DNA of 63,953 bases, filler included, from Bipalium vagum (taxonomy: Eukaryota), in NCBI GenBank assembly GCA_037834085.1. It is 3 parts of 3 records of this genome, joined end to end, with 100 filler letters (N's around TTAATTAATTAA, not from the genome) between each part and the next. Parts side by side here need not be neighbours in the genome. Positions count along the whole stretch, not along the records: positions 1 to 20,035 come from JBBMKC010261855.1; 2 more parts are not named here. One strand, given 5' to 3'. Below, piece after piece: positions 1 to 14,454 of this stretch (its first letter is position 1; every line of letters starts with the position of its first letter). Made by a program: the position numbers and the translations under genes. The notes under the pieces were generated by a model. It did no database searches. It saw only the letters and a list, made by a program, of their open reading frames with translations, and was not told where the DNA came from.

Positions 1-24
1 TAATAATAATAATAATAATAATAA

Positions 25-76
<52 letters not shown>

Positions 77-77
77 T
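1..77. repeat. (AAT)n microsatellite in a menin intron
   Basis: Near-perfect taa/aat run. Similar tracts occur at 47007-47090, 54650-54707 and 61425-61482. Confidence 0.95.
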
Positions 78-213
78 AGAATCAGTATAGAATTAATGAA
101 TAAAATTTAATAAAATAATGAATAAAATTCTAACGAATAAATAAAATTCATAACTATAATGCTAATTATTTGATAACAATATCCAATAGAATTAATACAC
201 CAATCATACATAC

Positions 214-3200
214 TTGCTAATAACATTGGCTGCCATTCGCCAACACGTCAAAGCTCGTTGGAAATCACTGTCTTTGTAAAAGTAATTCGCCATCGATAAA
301 TATGGATATACATGGCTATTGTTATAATGCTTGACATTGACATCGATCGCCTCTTTATACATATTCAATAATCCAGTGCAATCACCATTTTTGTCGATAG
401 TGTTTTTCGGATAATTCATCTCCAAATCAGCTAAATTGATCAAAGCCAATGGATATTTCTCTAACAAGTTCATATTATATGCTATCCACAACAGATCTCG
501 TTTCAAAAAAGCCAACTAAGTGAAAAAAATAATATTATAAAAAATCAATAATTATTTGAATTTTACTTAATGATAATGATAATGATCACAATGATAATAA
601 TAACCAATCACAAATAAATTTTCTAAGAAAATTACAATTTCAGAAAAATAAATCAGAAGATGGCTTTTTTCTGATTGTTGTAAAATCTAGAGGGAGGGAA
701 TCGCTTTTTAATTCCCAATTTTCTTAAATTTGCAAGCCTAATAAAATGCATGCAAAAGTCAATAATTTCACCTCGTTTCTCAATGTATGTCATTATTAAA
801 TAGTTTTATATTTTAAAGATAACTTGTTATTATTCTTTCTCCGAAAAAACGTAATAAGACAAAAATTCAGTAAAAGGTTAATTTTAAAATAACTAAAAAA
901 TCGAAAATATGTTTAGATTTTAATATAAATCTTTTGTACTACATTTTTTGACAGACATTTAGTAAAAACGGTTATTTTATTTTGATTGATTATGACTAAA
1001 TCTGATTATGATTATTAATTATTATTAATATTATTATTAAAGGAATCTTAATAGAAAGGCAATTTAAATTACAGAAAATAAATGAATAATTAAAAAAATT
1101 ATTCAAATGTAACTAAGATTTTAAAATATCTTTAAATTACACAACGAAAATCAATAATTTTAATTTCAAAGTAAAATAAAATCCTAAAAATTATCAATGA
1201 AAATTGAAATTTTAAATAAATTGGAAAAATCAATATTAAATTTTTCAAGAAAAACAAGTCAAATTATGGTTAAGAAAAAACTTTTGATTAATTACTTATC
1301 GTTTTCAAATTTATAAGTAACTTCGCTCAAGAATTTTTATTGATTTTAAAATTTATTAATAAAACCACTGAGTTTTTTATTGAAAGTTTAGCCCTTTCTT
1401 CAAAAAATAACAAACTATTTATTTTGAAAATTAAAATTATTAATTAATAATCAAAAATTATTATCATAATTTTATTATTATTAATTAGTATATAATTAAA
1501 TAATTAATTTATTACTTTAAAAATAATTTCTCTAATGCCTAAAAAAGAAAGTTTTTAAAAATGCCAATATAAAATTTTAATTTTAATCATTAATGAATTA
1601 ATAATTCATTAGTGATAATTATTTATATAATAATTTCAAAGAAAATGAACTGTCTTAGAAAATTAATTCCATTCAGCCGAATACAAAAACATATGTCAAT
1701 TTCATTATTCAAATAACTAAGATTCCTATCATTAAAATAGAAAATAATAAATAATTTATATTAGATTTTCAACAAAACAAAATAATAAGATCAATAAAAG
1801 AATTATTATTTTGATTTCATTAATTTTATGAAAATTGATTTTATTTAAACTTAATTTAATTAAAAATAAAAAAAATTAACTTAAAAATTTTCAATTTTTT
1901 ATGTACACATCTTAATAATAAAATATTTTAAAATATTTAATCAATAAAAATCATAAAATTTTAAAAATTATAATTATTAATTAATTGAATCAATTAAATT
2001 ATTTACTAAATGTGAAATAATTTTTTGGAATATAATTTTAAAAATACATTAAAAAATTTTTTTAATTTATTGATTTTGCAAATTTTTTTTAGTTTTTTTG
2101 AAAAATTCCAAAATAATAAATAACAAAACATTAATAATACTTTGAAAAAATATAAATCGATAATACATTTTTAATTTTCCGTAATCAATTTTCTTTAATT
2201 ATAAAAAATGACACTGCCAGAAAAATCATCATTGATAATAGTAAAAAAACTGGTTATTAAATATTTTGTCCGCGTATAAAATAATTCCACTTTGAAAATC
2301 AATAATTAAAAAATAACAATAAATAGTACTAATGCGTTTTTTAAAATCAAGTTGAATAATATAAATGATATTTTAAAAATGTAAAAATGTCTCTTTAATT
2401 CTATAGTTGAAAACAATTAACAACAGTTATCCCCTGTTACCATTGGATTTTTAAATTGTATGAAGAATCATATAGATTTATACACGTAAAAATCATCTAT
2501 TTTAACAATATCTTTATTGTACTTTTACTTTTTCACAAATATTTTAATTTTTAAATAGCTTTTTAAAAAGTTATAATCATAAATTTCTAAGTTAAATAAA
2601 ATTAATTAAAAATAATAAGAAATTATAATAAATAATCATAATAATATTTATATTAATTATTTATTTATTTAATAAATGAATATTTAATAAATAATATATT
2701 AACAAATTAATTATTAAGTATTACATATAATAATAAAGTATATATTAAAAATTAAATAATCACCAGAAATAATAACAACAATTGATAAATATTATTCCTA
2801 GTTTTAAAAAAATTTTTAAAAAATTGATTTTTATAAAAAAAATGATATTGTGCTAAATTGATGTTATAAATTAATAAATTTAAATCAATGTAATTTAAAC
2901 AAAATAATGAAAAAATGCGCAAAAACACAGTAAATAATATAATTACAAAAAATATTCAAAAAATTTGAAGGGCATCAATGATGGTTCGACAGTAATTATA
3001 ATTTAAAAAATAAAATTTTTTTTAAAAATAAGACAATAATCGTTAAAATAAATAATATTAATATTCAAAATAAAAATTAAACTAGGTACAAATGTAATAA
3101 TAATAATAAATTATTATAAATAAATAAAATTATTAATAAAAAAGAAATTAAAAATAATCATGAAATTACATTGAGGATTATGATAAATAAAAAATTAAAT

Positions 3201-4478
3201 TAAATAATGATAGAAATAATTTTTTCATCATATTTTTTTGTATAATTTATAACTAATCGAAAATAATCTATCAAATGTTCTTTTTTTCAAAATCGATACA
3301 TTTAAAAATTAATTAGAATAATGAAAAAATAATAAAAATTAGCAATAACATTTCTGATTTTTTTTGAATAATGAAATTGATAAAAACCAAATGGCCCATG
3401 GAAAACATTATTTTTGTAAATACAATTTTAATCAAAAGATTTTGTAACGTTAAAAACGGAAGAAAAAAATGAAAAAAAAATCAGCAATTTTTAAAAATTT
3501 AATAAATTTTGATGAATAGAAAATTAATGATCGATAAAAATCAATGAAAGTATTACTTCAGAACTGTGACACGACGTAATTATTTGGTTTCGGTTGCTAT
3601 AACCGTTCAGCGACAAACTGTGACTGCCTTTCACGGGGTTGATTGTGGTGATGGCCGCGGACGCTGCGATTCTGTTGTTTGTGCAAACCACAGAATTCCC
3701 ACCCAAATACAATCGGGATCGCTCCAGAATTCCGAAATCAATCGAACCACAACGCTTGTCTTCATGATTTTTTCCACTCCACGCAACATCGGCCGTCAGC
3801 TTGTGAATAGGATTAGATTTGGTGCTGGCTTTGTTATTGTTGTTAATATCCTCCACCTCGTATTCCAACCAAGCATGGTCTTCAGACAGAGATAACCAAA
3901 CGTTTCGGTACCCTAATTGCTGAGTGATTGACAGTATGGTAAATGACAATCCGAAGCTGTCCAGTGAATTATCTATCAATTATGTAATTTTAAAACCCAT
4001 GATATCATTAAGAATATTCACCTTGGATAAAGGAATAAATACTTTGGCTGTGACAATTCTCTTTGTATTTACCAACACTTAACTTCTGGAAAACGGAATC
4101 TGTGATTATTCTCAAAGTGTGAATGTCCAGAAATTTATTATTTTCTTCAGTTTTGAGTGATTTACATGAAATGATGTCTGATATTATGTTTTGAAATTTT
4201 TTATACAACACCATGACATCATTGAATTGTATATATATAATCTTTACTGACCCATAATGGTCATTTGTCCCAAAGATGTTTTCACATTGGTTTTCTTCTT
4301 CCTCTCCACTATGTGTTAACTTATATTCAATTAATCCAAGTAAAATAGATATAAATGCTAAATTAGGATCATAGCAGCTATCTGACTTTGACGTTGTTAA
4401 TAAATCTTCAAAAAGTTTTAAAATATCATTAATGTTGGTTAGAGGAAAATATTTTTTCCACTTATTTAATGAAAACAT
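214..4478 (-). CDS. MEN1: Menin homolog, 5' part. Exons 4478-4022, 3972-3557, 515-214; continues beyond the window start
   Basis: Motifs FPL..I.D...LF, PNLAFISILLGLIE, LDSFG, LSLSEDHAW, TADVAWSGKNHEDKR, LEKYPLALINLADLE and HVYPYLSMA match menin. GT-AG introns at 4021-3973 (49 nt) and 3556-516 (3041 nt) keep the frame; donor AA|gtatgt at 213. Confidence 0.93.
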
Positions 4479-4789
4479 GCGAATAAAAAAAGCAAAATGG
4501 CAACAATTAATAACCACAATTACATAAAATTAAAAAATGAGACATAGATTTTTATTAATTACAAAGGAAAAACAAAAGTTTTATGTTTAAACATTAAAAA
4601 TTATTTTGGTTTCTTTTAAAATTTATGACTGAAATGATAATTTATATTATTTTTAAATGAATTCATAAAATCACAAAAAAAATTTTAACTTTTAAAATAT
4701 TTTTGAACAATATTTTTTGGGCATTATTTTTTTATCTTTAACCTTTTTTAAATTTCATTTAACTTTTATTGTATTTGTATTGAATTTGC

Positions 4790-5109
4790 TTTTAATAATA
4801 CATTATTCTATTTTGTTTAACTTGACGTTTTATTGTATTAATTTTTACAGATATCTGATCAATTTTGTTTCAGTGATTTTTCAGGCATTTGATTCTTTGG
4901 TTAGACAATTGATAGGGATTCTGTTAATGATTTTTATAACCATTGAATTTTAATAAATTTTATTGTAATCGTTTTGATTCAATTGGGGTGCGAATAAGGT
5001 TTTATTGTAGGAGTTTTGATTCAATTGAGTTTAAATTTGTGCAGCTGTAATAGTAAAACTAACACAACATTAAAATGTGAGGAGTTATTGATTTCAAGCG
5101 AAAGTTACA
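4790..5109 (+). mobile_element. 3' part of an LTR family 1 copy
   Basis: 4950-5109 aligns by eye to 36430-36590 (gtgcgaataa.g..ttattgt, gattcaa.ttgagtttaa.tttgtgca) and ends GTTACA. Confidence 0.7.
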
Positions 5110-6829
5110 TGTTTCAGTTAAGGAAAATACTAACATTTAATTCAGTCAACTGCATTCGGGTTGATCTTTCCGTATGTCTCTCGGTGCTCTATTAGTGAAT
5201 TGAAAGTAAAGTAAGGAGAGAATTGGTTAAAGAGAGATGAAAGAAAGAAAATTAATTCTTTATATCAATCAAATGCGGTCCAGTTGAGCTCTCCCTGGTG
5301 TTTGCCAGTTAGTAGTTGCCATTCGGAGTGTCGATTGACTAGTAGAGAACTCTAAGAACTCCTATTTGTTGCGTATTGCGTGTAGTGATGTTGAGACTAG
5401 TAGAGTACCAGGGAGTCCACAGTGGGGGGGGTTGTTTGGTACGCTAAGCCATTGATTTTGTGACTTGCGTCGGTGTCAGTGTGTGTCGAATAATTGGAAG
5501 AATTATTATTTGATTGATATTTGTCAGAAAATCAAGATCGTGAGTGTTTCTGTTTATGACTAGGTGTGTTTAATATTTTTTGACTTAGTCGAAAGTCTTT
5601 TAATCATTCATTAGTGGAAGAAAGCAATAGAAATATACTTACTTGACAGTATATATTATCGATCGAAACAATAAATCATCGCCGTTGTTCTTGCATTTAA
5701 GAAATAAACTTAATGGAAATATTGATGTACAATGTTTTAATACCTAACTGCAATATTGTATGTCAATTATACACATTGGGCGATGAGCAGATTATTTTTC
5801 ACACATTGCAAAAATTAAACTAAAAAATTAAATAAGGATTATTTTATTGCACATATTATATTATAATTCAATATGCGCAACTAACACAATGAAATTATAA
5901 ACCTAACGACTGGAAATTAAATATGGTGTATTCAATAATGGTTCTCAACTCTGCGATATCATTAAATATGTTGATATAAGGAGGTTATTTATTGATTCAT
6001 ATGTTAAGTTTCTAAAATGTGAGTGATTGATTATTGATTTTAGATCGGTTAAAAAGATCGAAATTTGACTTTAACTTTATTAAGATTACTGGTTTAAGAA
6101 TATCGATACTGGACTTTCTAGAAACTTAACTTAAACTATATGTAAATTCAGAAAGATTTAGTGCGCGTATATTCAGAGTTAAAGTGACAAAAAATATTGA
6201 TTACGAAACGTTGAACTTTTTTAACTTATAAAACGGTAAAATGGATTAACATATATTGAGTGTATAACGATAAACAATAAAGTTTTCAAAACTTTTTAAA
6301 ATATCAACTGAGTTTAAAGATTGTTTTAACAATTATATTAATATTAAAAAAAATTAAAATTAAGCCGGGAACTATGACAAAAGTGAATAGATTCAAAGTG
6401 ATATTATTGTGAAGTAATTTTTCTTTTTTGGTGAATAAATTGATTCGAACGAATCATTTTTTCGGAATTAAGAGTCAAAATTAAATTCAGTTTGGTTAAT
6501 ATTTATTTGAATATTAATATATTTAATGGAGCAGCAAGGTTCTCATATTCAAAAACTAAGTAAGCCAATTTTTTAGAAGAATCAAAAGTGTAATAACGAA
6601 CTTTCCGTAAAGTAAATTAAGAATTAATCCAAATTGAAAAAATATGTTGAGTTTAAATCATCCTATCAGAAAAGAATTTGAGCTAGGTATTGAAACGATT
6701 CGATTTGATATGAAATTGAATTGTAACGATCAGAGATGTGGACTTAACGGTGACGGTTGCTTTAAAATCACTGAAATAAAAATTTTAATTTTTCAAAATT
6801 ATATTTTTATTAAAAATAGTTATTTCTAC

Positions 6830-7076
6830 AAAACCCTTTGATAATCGTCCTTGATGGATAATAATTTAAGGCTTTTTATTTTTTTGGGTTTTAAAAATCC
6901 TCTCGCGCTTAGGCTCAGTGGTCCTAAGTTAAGAAAAAATTTAACTCACTGCCATACTTAAGTTGTGAATTAAAAACAAAAAAGAAAAAATTGGAATGTG
7001 AAAAAATTACTTGATCCTCAAGTCCTGGCTTGAGTATTTACTTAATAGGTTAAAGATTAACTATGTTCTGACAACA
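6830..7076 (+). mobile_element. 3' part of an LTR family 2 copy
   Basis: aaaaatcctctcgc...ctcaagtcctggcttgagtattta aligns to 15757-15915. Confidence 0.7.
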
Positions 7077-7202
7077 AAACAAGTTTTATCTTAAAATTTT
7101 TAAAGGGATATTTATTATTTATTGAATAAATTGCGACTTTGTTTTGTTTTTAAAACAAATCCTAGTTAGATCAGAATTAATATCTAAACCTTTATTATTA
7201 TT

Positions 7203-8062
7203 ATAGTATAAAACATCTAATCCGGATAAAATTTTCGATCCAAAATTAATTGATCATTAAACTCCTATAAATTATATTGTCTAATCCGGTTTTTTTATAA
7301 TCCGGAATTTCCTCAATACCGGATAAGATTTCGGGTCCTATTTACAAAAAAATTCCTATTCCGGATTTCCTATTTAATTTATGACAAATATGGTTTGTTT
7401 AAATATTCTAAAATAGTTTTAACATTAAAAAATTTAAATTAAAAGTAATTTAATAAGCTAAATATAAAATTTAAAATTATTATTTAGACTGCAACAAAGC
7501 GATTAAGATGTGAAATTAATGAGAAAAATTGCTTTTAAGATCAAAATAAGATACTTAAAAATATCGATATTGTTAAGCAATTTAATATTAAGCCACAAAA
7601 ACTCTGTAACATTTTCAAAAATAAATCAAAAATTAAAGTAATCTTCAAAAAGGACTTAATAACCGGTAATTTTAAAAAAGATTAAAAGTACAAAATATGA
7701 ACAAACAGCCAAATCATTTATACAATGGTTTACTGGAATGCGAGCAAATCAGCCTGAATTACCATTGAGTGGAGAAATGATCAGACAGAAATCAACTAAT
7801 TATGCAAGGTTGTTAGGTGAGTTAGACACAAACGAAGAAATTAACATGAATTAGATAAGCAGATGGAAGAAGCAGAACAAAATATCTTCCAAAAAGATGT
7901 ATGGTGAAAATGCGTCTGTATCAGATGAATCAGCTCGACACTGGAAGAACATTCTTGTCAAAGATATCATGACAAAATATTCATCAGATAATATACTTAA
8001 CTGTGATGAATATGGATTATAATGTATAATGACACCAGATACAACTCACGGTTTCAAGGATT
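7203..8062 (+). mobile_element. Decayed pogo/Tigger DNA transposon (CENP-B-type HTH plus start of the DDE domain)
   Basis: Repeated subterminal tccgga motifs. Translation fragments QWFTGMRANQPELPLSGEMIRQKS, RWKKQNKISSKKMYGENAS and NILNCDEYGL, with stops. Confidence 0.8.
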
Positions 8063-9262
8063 AAAATTATGGAATCCAAACTGTTATTTTTAAGACAAGT
8101 TTCGTTATTATTTATATACTTACTTCGTTAACAACAATACGTGCGGACATAAACAAAATTGATACAATGCTTTTGAGTCTGGCTTGATGAGTCCGTTAAT
8201 CGAGAAGTGATAATATTGATTGTCCAAATTTAATGTTAAAAACGTCTGGTTACGAATCTACGTATAACTTTTTTTCGATATCTTTTATAGTAATCATTAG
8301 TCGGCTTGATAAGAAAATTTGGTGTCACTTTTGGGTGTATCCCCTTTATGTTGACGTCGAGTAACATATCCATTGTCCTTTATGATAATGATTTATAAAT
8401 ATAATTTTTTTGTGTATCAATTTAATTTTTGGGACTTTTATAGCAATTGCACTTGCTATAAAAATTATTACTTACTATTTCTATATTATTTAATTTTTTG
8501 CAATCTTTTTCTTCATGTTTAGTAATTTACTTTGCCCTGAACTATATTTTTTGAATATTTCACAAATTAACTAATTCCCAGACAATAAAGTTAATGTTGT
8601 AATTTAGGTGAGAATACAAAAAAAGAACTAATTTTTAATCAACGAATTTAATCAGTTTTAATTTTGTAAAATTATTGTGAGCGGTTGCGCACAAAATTTT
8701 TTAATTTTACTTTGTGTCAATCGCATACGTTTTATAGTAAATTCTTCGTTGTATTTTAAATTGTTAACCTTCAGATGTTTATTTGATAACAGAAGACACC
8801 TACTTTAATTTTGTTTCTCTAATTAATAACGTTTTTCGTTATTTGACTTAAATATAGAACTAACATCCTGATTTATAAAATTATTTAATTTACCAAAATT
8901 ATACTTAATCTTAATCAAAAACAAAATATATTTAATGTTTAATTGTATTTGAATTGGACCTGACTCAAAGTTTAGAGGAATCGTTATTAACTGGATAGAA
9001 TTACAGCAATCGAATTATTAAAACATCTCTATACTTTTCTTTAGGTACATGTATTGAATGTGAGATTTAATTAACAAGGCAATGTTATTTTTACACAAAC
9101 GCTTATTTCCTTTGAATTTCAAGCAATGGGGGAATATGAATTCAATAAATTTTAAATTTATATGCAACAAATTAATACGAAACAATATTGAACAGTTTTA
9201 TCCAATCAAAAATAACTAATTTGCATTGTGATAATGATAATCAAAATTCGACCTAAACTCAT

Positions 9263-12200
9263 CTACCCGATATTTTTCTTAATGACCGCCATTAGCACAA
9301 TAGAAGGACAGAAACCTGAAAATCAATATGTAAATATAAAAATATATCAATAATAAATCGTTTTCAAAACCAAAAACACAACCGAGTTCATTGACGGATT
9401 TATCCATACTCTCTTTACTGTAGAGTTTTGGTGGCATTGTCGTTCGGAACTCTACCTCATGAGCACGGCACAGAGACGACTTTTCGGAAAATAGGGTGGC
9501 CACTTGAAACAACGAACCATCAGCTGGAAATGTATCCAAGACTACTGTGCCATTGGAATGTCGGATTTGAATTCGACAGTTTTCGTATTTTGGTTTCGAG
9601 GAAGTACTGCTGCAGCAAGAAGATAGAATAGTTTTCGCTTGGGCTTTAATTTGGGACGAATTTATTGATTGATTTTTATCGGCAGAATAAAGAGGCACTG
9701 GATTGGGGACCTCCTTATGAGAAATGTTATTTTCAATGATTAAAGGAACTCCAGACAACAACCACATACACGTGTATAATATTAAAGTAAAATTGTGAGG
9801 AGCATAAGTCTTACCTGATGACTGTAATGGTGCTGATCCTCCTGCTGATGTTGTGATTGTTGCTGTTTGCGAGATTCCCGGTCGCTTGCAATTTGGAGTT
9901 TCAGTCGCTCTCTAAATTTACGGGAAAATGTGTTAAACAAATAAATAGGGGTAAAAAGATAAAATACAGATTTAAAGTCAGTACATGGGTGAGAACAGGG
10001 AAAATAGAATCGAGATAACACAGATTCATAGAGATTAAGATCAAGTATAAAGAAATTGGAAAAAGTGATGCTGAGATTGATTGTACATGAAACAGAAATA
10101 TTAGTAGAGAATAATGCAGAAGAAAAAGTGAATGATATGGAGGTTAAATGTTTTAAACGGAGAATTGGGAAAGAAAAGATTAAGAAATATGAACGGAGAT
10201 TGATAATATATGAACCAAAGAAATAAGACAAGAGACAGATTCTTCCTATTTTAGAAAATAATTTTCACATAACTAAATTTATATAAAAAACGTATGACAA
10301 TTAAAAATCCGGACAATATACCAGATAAAGAACTAAGTTTTTTCAGTTGTTTAAATTTGTTGGCCCTTGGGATTCTCATTTATTTACCGATTTAAATTTT
10401 CTTTGTTTTAGTTTGCTGCTTAAACATGTGAGTTTCAAACTTACTGTATAATTAATGTTATTAACCATTATACTCTTGAATAAGTGCTCCAAAAGAAACC
10501 AAAATGATCCTTCTCTCGACCGGATAGTCACTTGCGATGAAAAGTGGATCTATTATGTCAGCATAACCAGACGACGATCGTGGTCGTTAAAAGGGGAGCC
10601 TCTGAAAAAAAATTGAAAAAACGCAACCTTACACGAAACAAGGTTTTTATGCATTTGGTGGGATTCTCGTGGAATTATTTATCAGGAGTTTCTCAAATCC
10701 GGGGAAACCATTAATTCTGATATCTATCGTGACCTGCTAAGAAGAGTTCATGCAATTATGAAGGAAAAACGGGACACTATGATAAACCGAAAACAAGTGA
10801 ATTTTCACCAAGAAAATTTCAAGCCTCACAAATCAATGAAGAGATTGAAGGTTATTCAGGAATTGAATTGGACTCTAATGGAACATCCACCATACGATAC
10901 TTTGTCTTTTAAAATCTTCCAGAAATCTTCAATTTGGCAATATTCAGGAACGTCGCGAGGATTATTGTTCTTTCCAAAAAAATTGAATTATGTTCTCTCA
11001 TGAAGGATACTGTAGCTAAGTGTTTCGCTTACATCATCTGAATAAAATCCACAATTTTATTAATGCAGTTGGATAAAGAAAAATAGGACTTGTCGTCGAG
11101 GATCCAATTCAAGTTATTGAAATCTTTATACAAATAACTGCACCTGCTTTTAATAATTGATCGTTGTTTGTCTGTACGTGGTTGGATGGTTATTCTTTTT
11201 CCATATTTGATACTGCTTTTCTTTTTCAATGCCTTTGATATAAGTTGTAGGTTGCAGTTACATTTTTTTGGCGAGCATACGTTGAAATATTCCCATCTTG
11301 TTGTTAACAGACCTCTTTAACAGCTACATTTTCCTATTTGACATTTTAACCGGCTTACGCCCGCTTCCAACTTTTCGCAAAGGTCAAAATTTTTCTGCAA
11401 GATAGTATTGTCATAAATAGTTGACTAAATACAGGAGACATTCTATTTATACCACCAAATCAAGTGGTCGAAATCTAGAGATTTGTACATAAAGAAATCA
11501 TCAAGACGTGTGATACGTATGTTACTTTATTAGTATAAATTAAAAATATTTTATATTAACATATTTCAATCTAAGTTTTGGGCGAATTCACTTTAACAAC
11601 CCAAAATCCGGATCAATTAAATATCACAACACCGCCACACAACCAGTTAAATCTGACAACCCCATTAGACAACCGATAATTAATTAAATTAAGAACATAT
11701 ATTCATTGATTTTTATTTTTCTAAATTTTGTATTGTAGCTGCTTTAAAAGAAGTGTCAACAATGGTTAAAACTCATGTTGGTACAATTGACATTCTTCCT
11801 CTGTGAACTTTGACATTGTGATTTATTTTTGTTTCATCAGATCGCACTGTTTGACCAGGGCCACCTAATCTTAATGGATTGGTTAACCAATATTTTTTGA
11901 TATTTGAAATTAGAAATTTTCTAAGTCTAATGTAGACTGGGACTGATACCCTTCATTCTTGTTTAATTTCAGTAAGCTATTTTCACATGCCCACAAAGTT
12001 TTTAATCAAATTACCAAAACTTATTAAATTTTTTAATGAAATTATCCAGAAACATGGTAATCACAAGTTAAAGGACCAAATGTAGAAGTGGTACAAATCA
12101 GAGGTTAGACTGTAGTAATAGAAATGAGTGACAATAATAATTATCGATTTTATTTTTCTAATCTAATAGAATACCTGTACAATCGATCTTCCTCCTTTTC

Positions 12201-14454
12201 TCTGCGTTTTTGTTCTGCCAATCGCTTGATTTCCTCCTCCTCGAATTTAGTTTTGGCATCGATAATAGTTTTTCCTTGTTTCCGGCGAAACCGCTCCCGT
12301 TCCAGACTCTCCTTAGCTTCTTGAGCCTCTCTTTCCAAACGTTTCTGCTTTAAACGTTCCTGAATTTTATATCGTCCAAGTAAAGAGAACTTTCAAAACA
12401 ATCACGGGGACGTACTTGCAGTTTTTCCAATTGGGCTTTTTTTTCCTCTTCAGTCAACGGTTTAATTTCTTCGACACTCTCACTGAAATTTGAATGACCA
12501 AAACGGCTGGCATGAAATTGAATCTCATTTTCTTTCAATAATTTACCGCAACTATGGTGAAATAAATAGATAAGTCGAAAAAATTGGTTTTAATCGATTT
12601 TTATTTTTCGTTATTTTGACAATGGCACAATTATTAATAAGAACAAATTTTTAGAACATTGAAAATCAATAATTATTAGATTGGTGCAACTTATTGGTAA
12701 TACAATTATTAAGCTCAACAAAATGTATTTAAAAAAATAACAAATATAACTGCTCACTCTAAAGTATATTCTACACCACCATTTATGAGAGCTTAACATA
12801 TACAAATTTCACGAATTCCTTTTTCAAATAATTCAAATGTATTTGATGAAAAGTAGTCTACCAACCATTTTTTTACCTAACCTTGATTTTTAAAATTATT
12901 TTCAAAGACAAGTTGCTTCATCGACCGAAATAAATAATATTCTGATGGGGCCAGGTCATGGGTGTAAGGCGGATGAGGAAGTAGTTCCAGCCCCAAAATC
13001 CTTTATCTTTTTCATCGACGTCTTTGCGACACGATGTCTCGCATTATCATGAAGAAATTCTATGGTAGTTGAAAATCAATTAGTTTTGTAGAGCTCGGTT
13101 AACTCTTAAAATATTTACAATAAACAATAAAAAAGATCCATGTCTCATCTGACGTCAGAATTGATTCCCAGAAATCAAGATGCAAATGTCTGGTGATGTT
13201 TGAATATTCGACCGTTAATGTTGGATCTTATTCGATCAATTTCAAAATATCCTCATCATTCAATTCCTGTGGACGACCTTCACGATTTTCGTCATTAAAA
13301 TCTTCATTCCCTTCTTTAAACTTTTGTACATTTAGAATAGTGTAAGACATCATCACCACTATTTTTATTTACCTTTGCTGCTTCGCCAAACTTAAATTCA
13401 TATAGAAGAGATGCACGAATTATTAATTTTCGATCTGTCATAACTAAAATCAAGTTATTAAAATTAAGATCAATGAAGACTACTATTACATAATTTTATA
13501 AAAAACTACTAGTTTTCATAAAGAAATACTTCTGACCATAAAAAGTAAAGCTGATTGTATTAAACTTTTGTACCAACCTAATATTAGTTTTTCTCGATTA
13601 ATATCGTTATTTAAATCGATTTTAACAAACTTAAATTAATTTATATTTAAAGATTTTTAGATTAATAGTTTAAAAAAATTGTATTTCAAAAATATTAATA
13701 GTTTAATAAATTCTAATTTAATATATATTGAATAATATTTTAAAAAATAGAGTAAATTTCAAACTATTTTTGATCAGAAATATCAAAAACTATGAGAAAC
13801 CTACAATAGAAAATAATTATTGCAAAGTTTTGTATTTTGAAATCAGTAATTAGTTTTATCGATTTCAAATATTTTATAACAATTTCATTAAATTGATTAT
13901 TAATAATCGATAATTCTTAAAAAAATATTAAATGAAATAGATGTAATTTAAAATTTAACCAATATTAATATAAATTGACCTAAGAATAAATCCATATTTA
14001 AATTTTTATCGATGGATTAAATTAAAATTAGATTAAATAAATTATTATTCATTAAAATAAAAATTAGAGTCAGAAAGCAAAGAAATTAATAAACTAACTC
14101 TTCGCATTTTAACGACTTTGCCACTGTTGAACTGTTGTCACCTTCAAGGTTGTTGTCATCGGCGATTTCGTTCTTTTTCGTCGTTGTTGCTGTACAGTTT
14201 TCTTCTACATTATTATCAATGCAATCTTCGTCATCCATTTCATGAGATATTAACCTAAATTTAGGACATTAACTTTATTTTTATTATAAACTTAAAAGTT
14301 ACCAATCGATAGCCGATTGCAGACCTTCGTTGTTCGTGGATTTGATAGCTTTTTCTCTAGAACAAAATTCCAAATAAAATTCAATCGTACTAATTCAGTC
14401 GATTTACACTTTTAATTTTCCAAATCCCATTTCAATTAACTGATCATAAATCAT
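9263..14454 (-). CDS. UBXN1: UBXN1/SAKS1-like p97 adaptor (UBA - Zn-finger-like - coiled coil - UBX), about 8 exons
   Basis: Exons join in frame through GT-AG introns: MIYDQLIEMGFGKLKV-EKAIKSTNNEGLQSAIDW-LISHE...KSLKCED-CGKLLKENEIQFHASRFGHSNFSESVEEIKPLTEEEKKAQ, a coiled coil, then UBX CRIQIRHSNG...TTMPPK...ELG-FCPSIVL. Stop at 9263. Confidence 0.88.
10480..10900 (+). mobile_element. mariner transposase fragment in a UBXN1 intron
   Basis: DRIVTCDEKWIYY, LCIWWDSRGIIYQEFL, TINSDIY, MEHPPY; frameshifted. Confidence 0.9.
11020..11430 (-). mobile_element. Tc1-like transposase fragment
   Basis: RKVGSGRKP HTH linker and WILDDKSYF first catalytic motif. Confidence 0.7.
11610..12110 (-). mobile_element. 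Merlin (IS1595/ISXO2-like) transposon fragment
   Basis: PLRLGGPGQTVRSDETKINHNVKVHRGR..VLTIVDTS; GGATC terminus near 11610. Confidence 0.8.
12676..13582 (-). mobile_element. Internally deleted mariner with both TIRs
   Basis: ta-ttagattggtgcaac at the left end and gtaccaacctaa-ta at the right end. HTH (RASLLYEFKFG...NREGRP) and ELLPHPPYTHDLAP motifs. Confidence 0.85.

Noticed and set aside
3713-3715. CGA (Arg) at a conserved Trp of menin (ERSWLY) suggesting recoding or editing
   Set aside because: Single site; TGG is used for Trp elsewhere and the genes end in standard stops.
8180-8215. TTGATGAGTCCG resembling a hammerhead core
   Set aside because: Lacks the CUGA and GAAA elements and a closing stem II.
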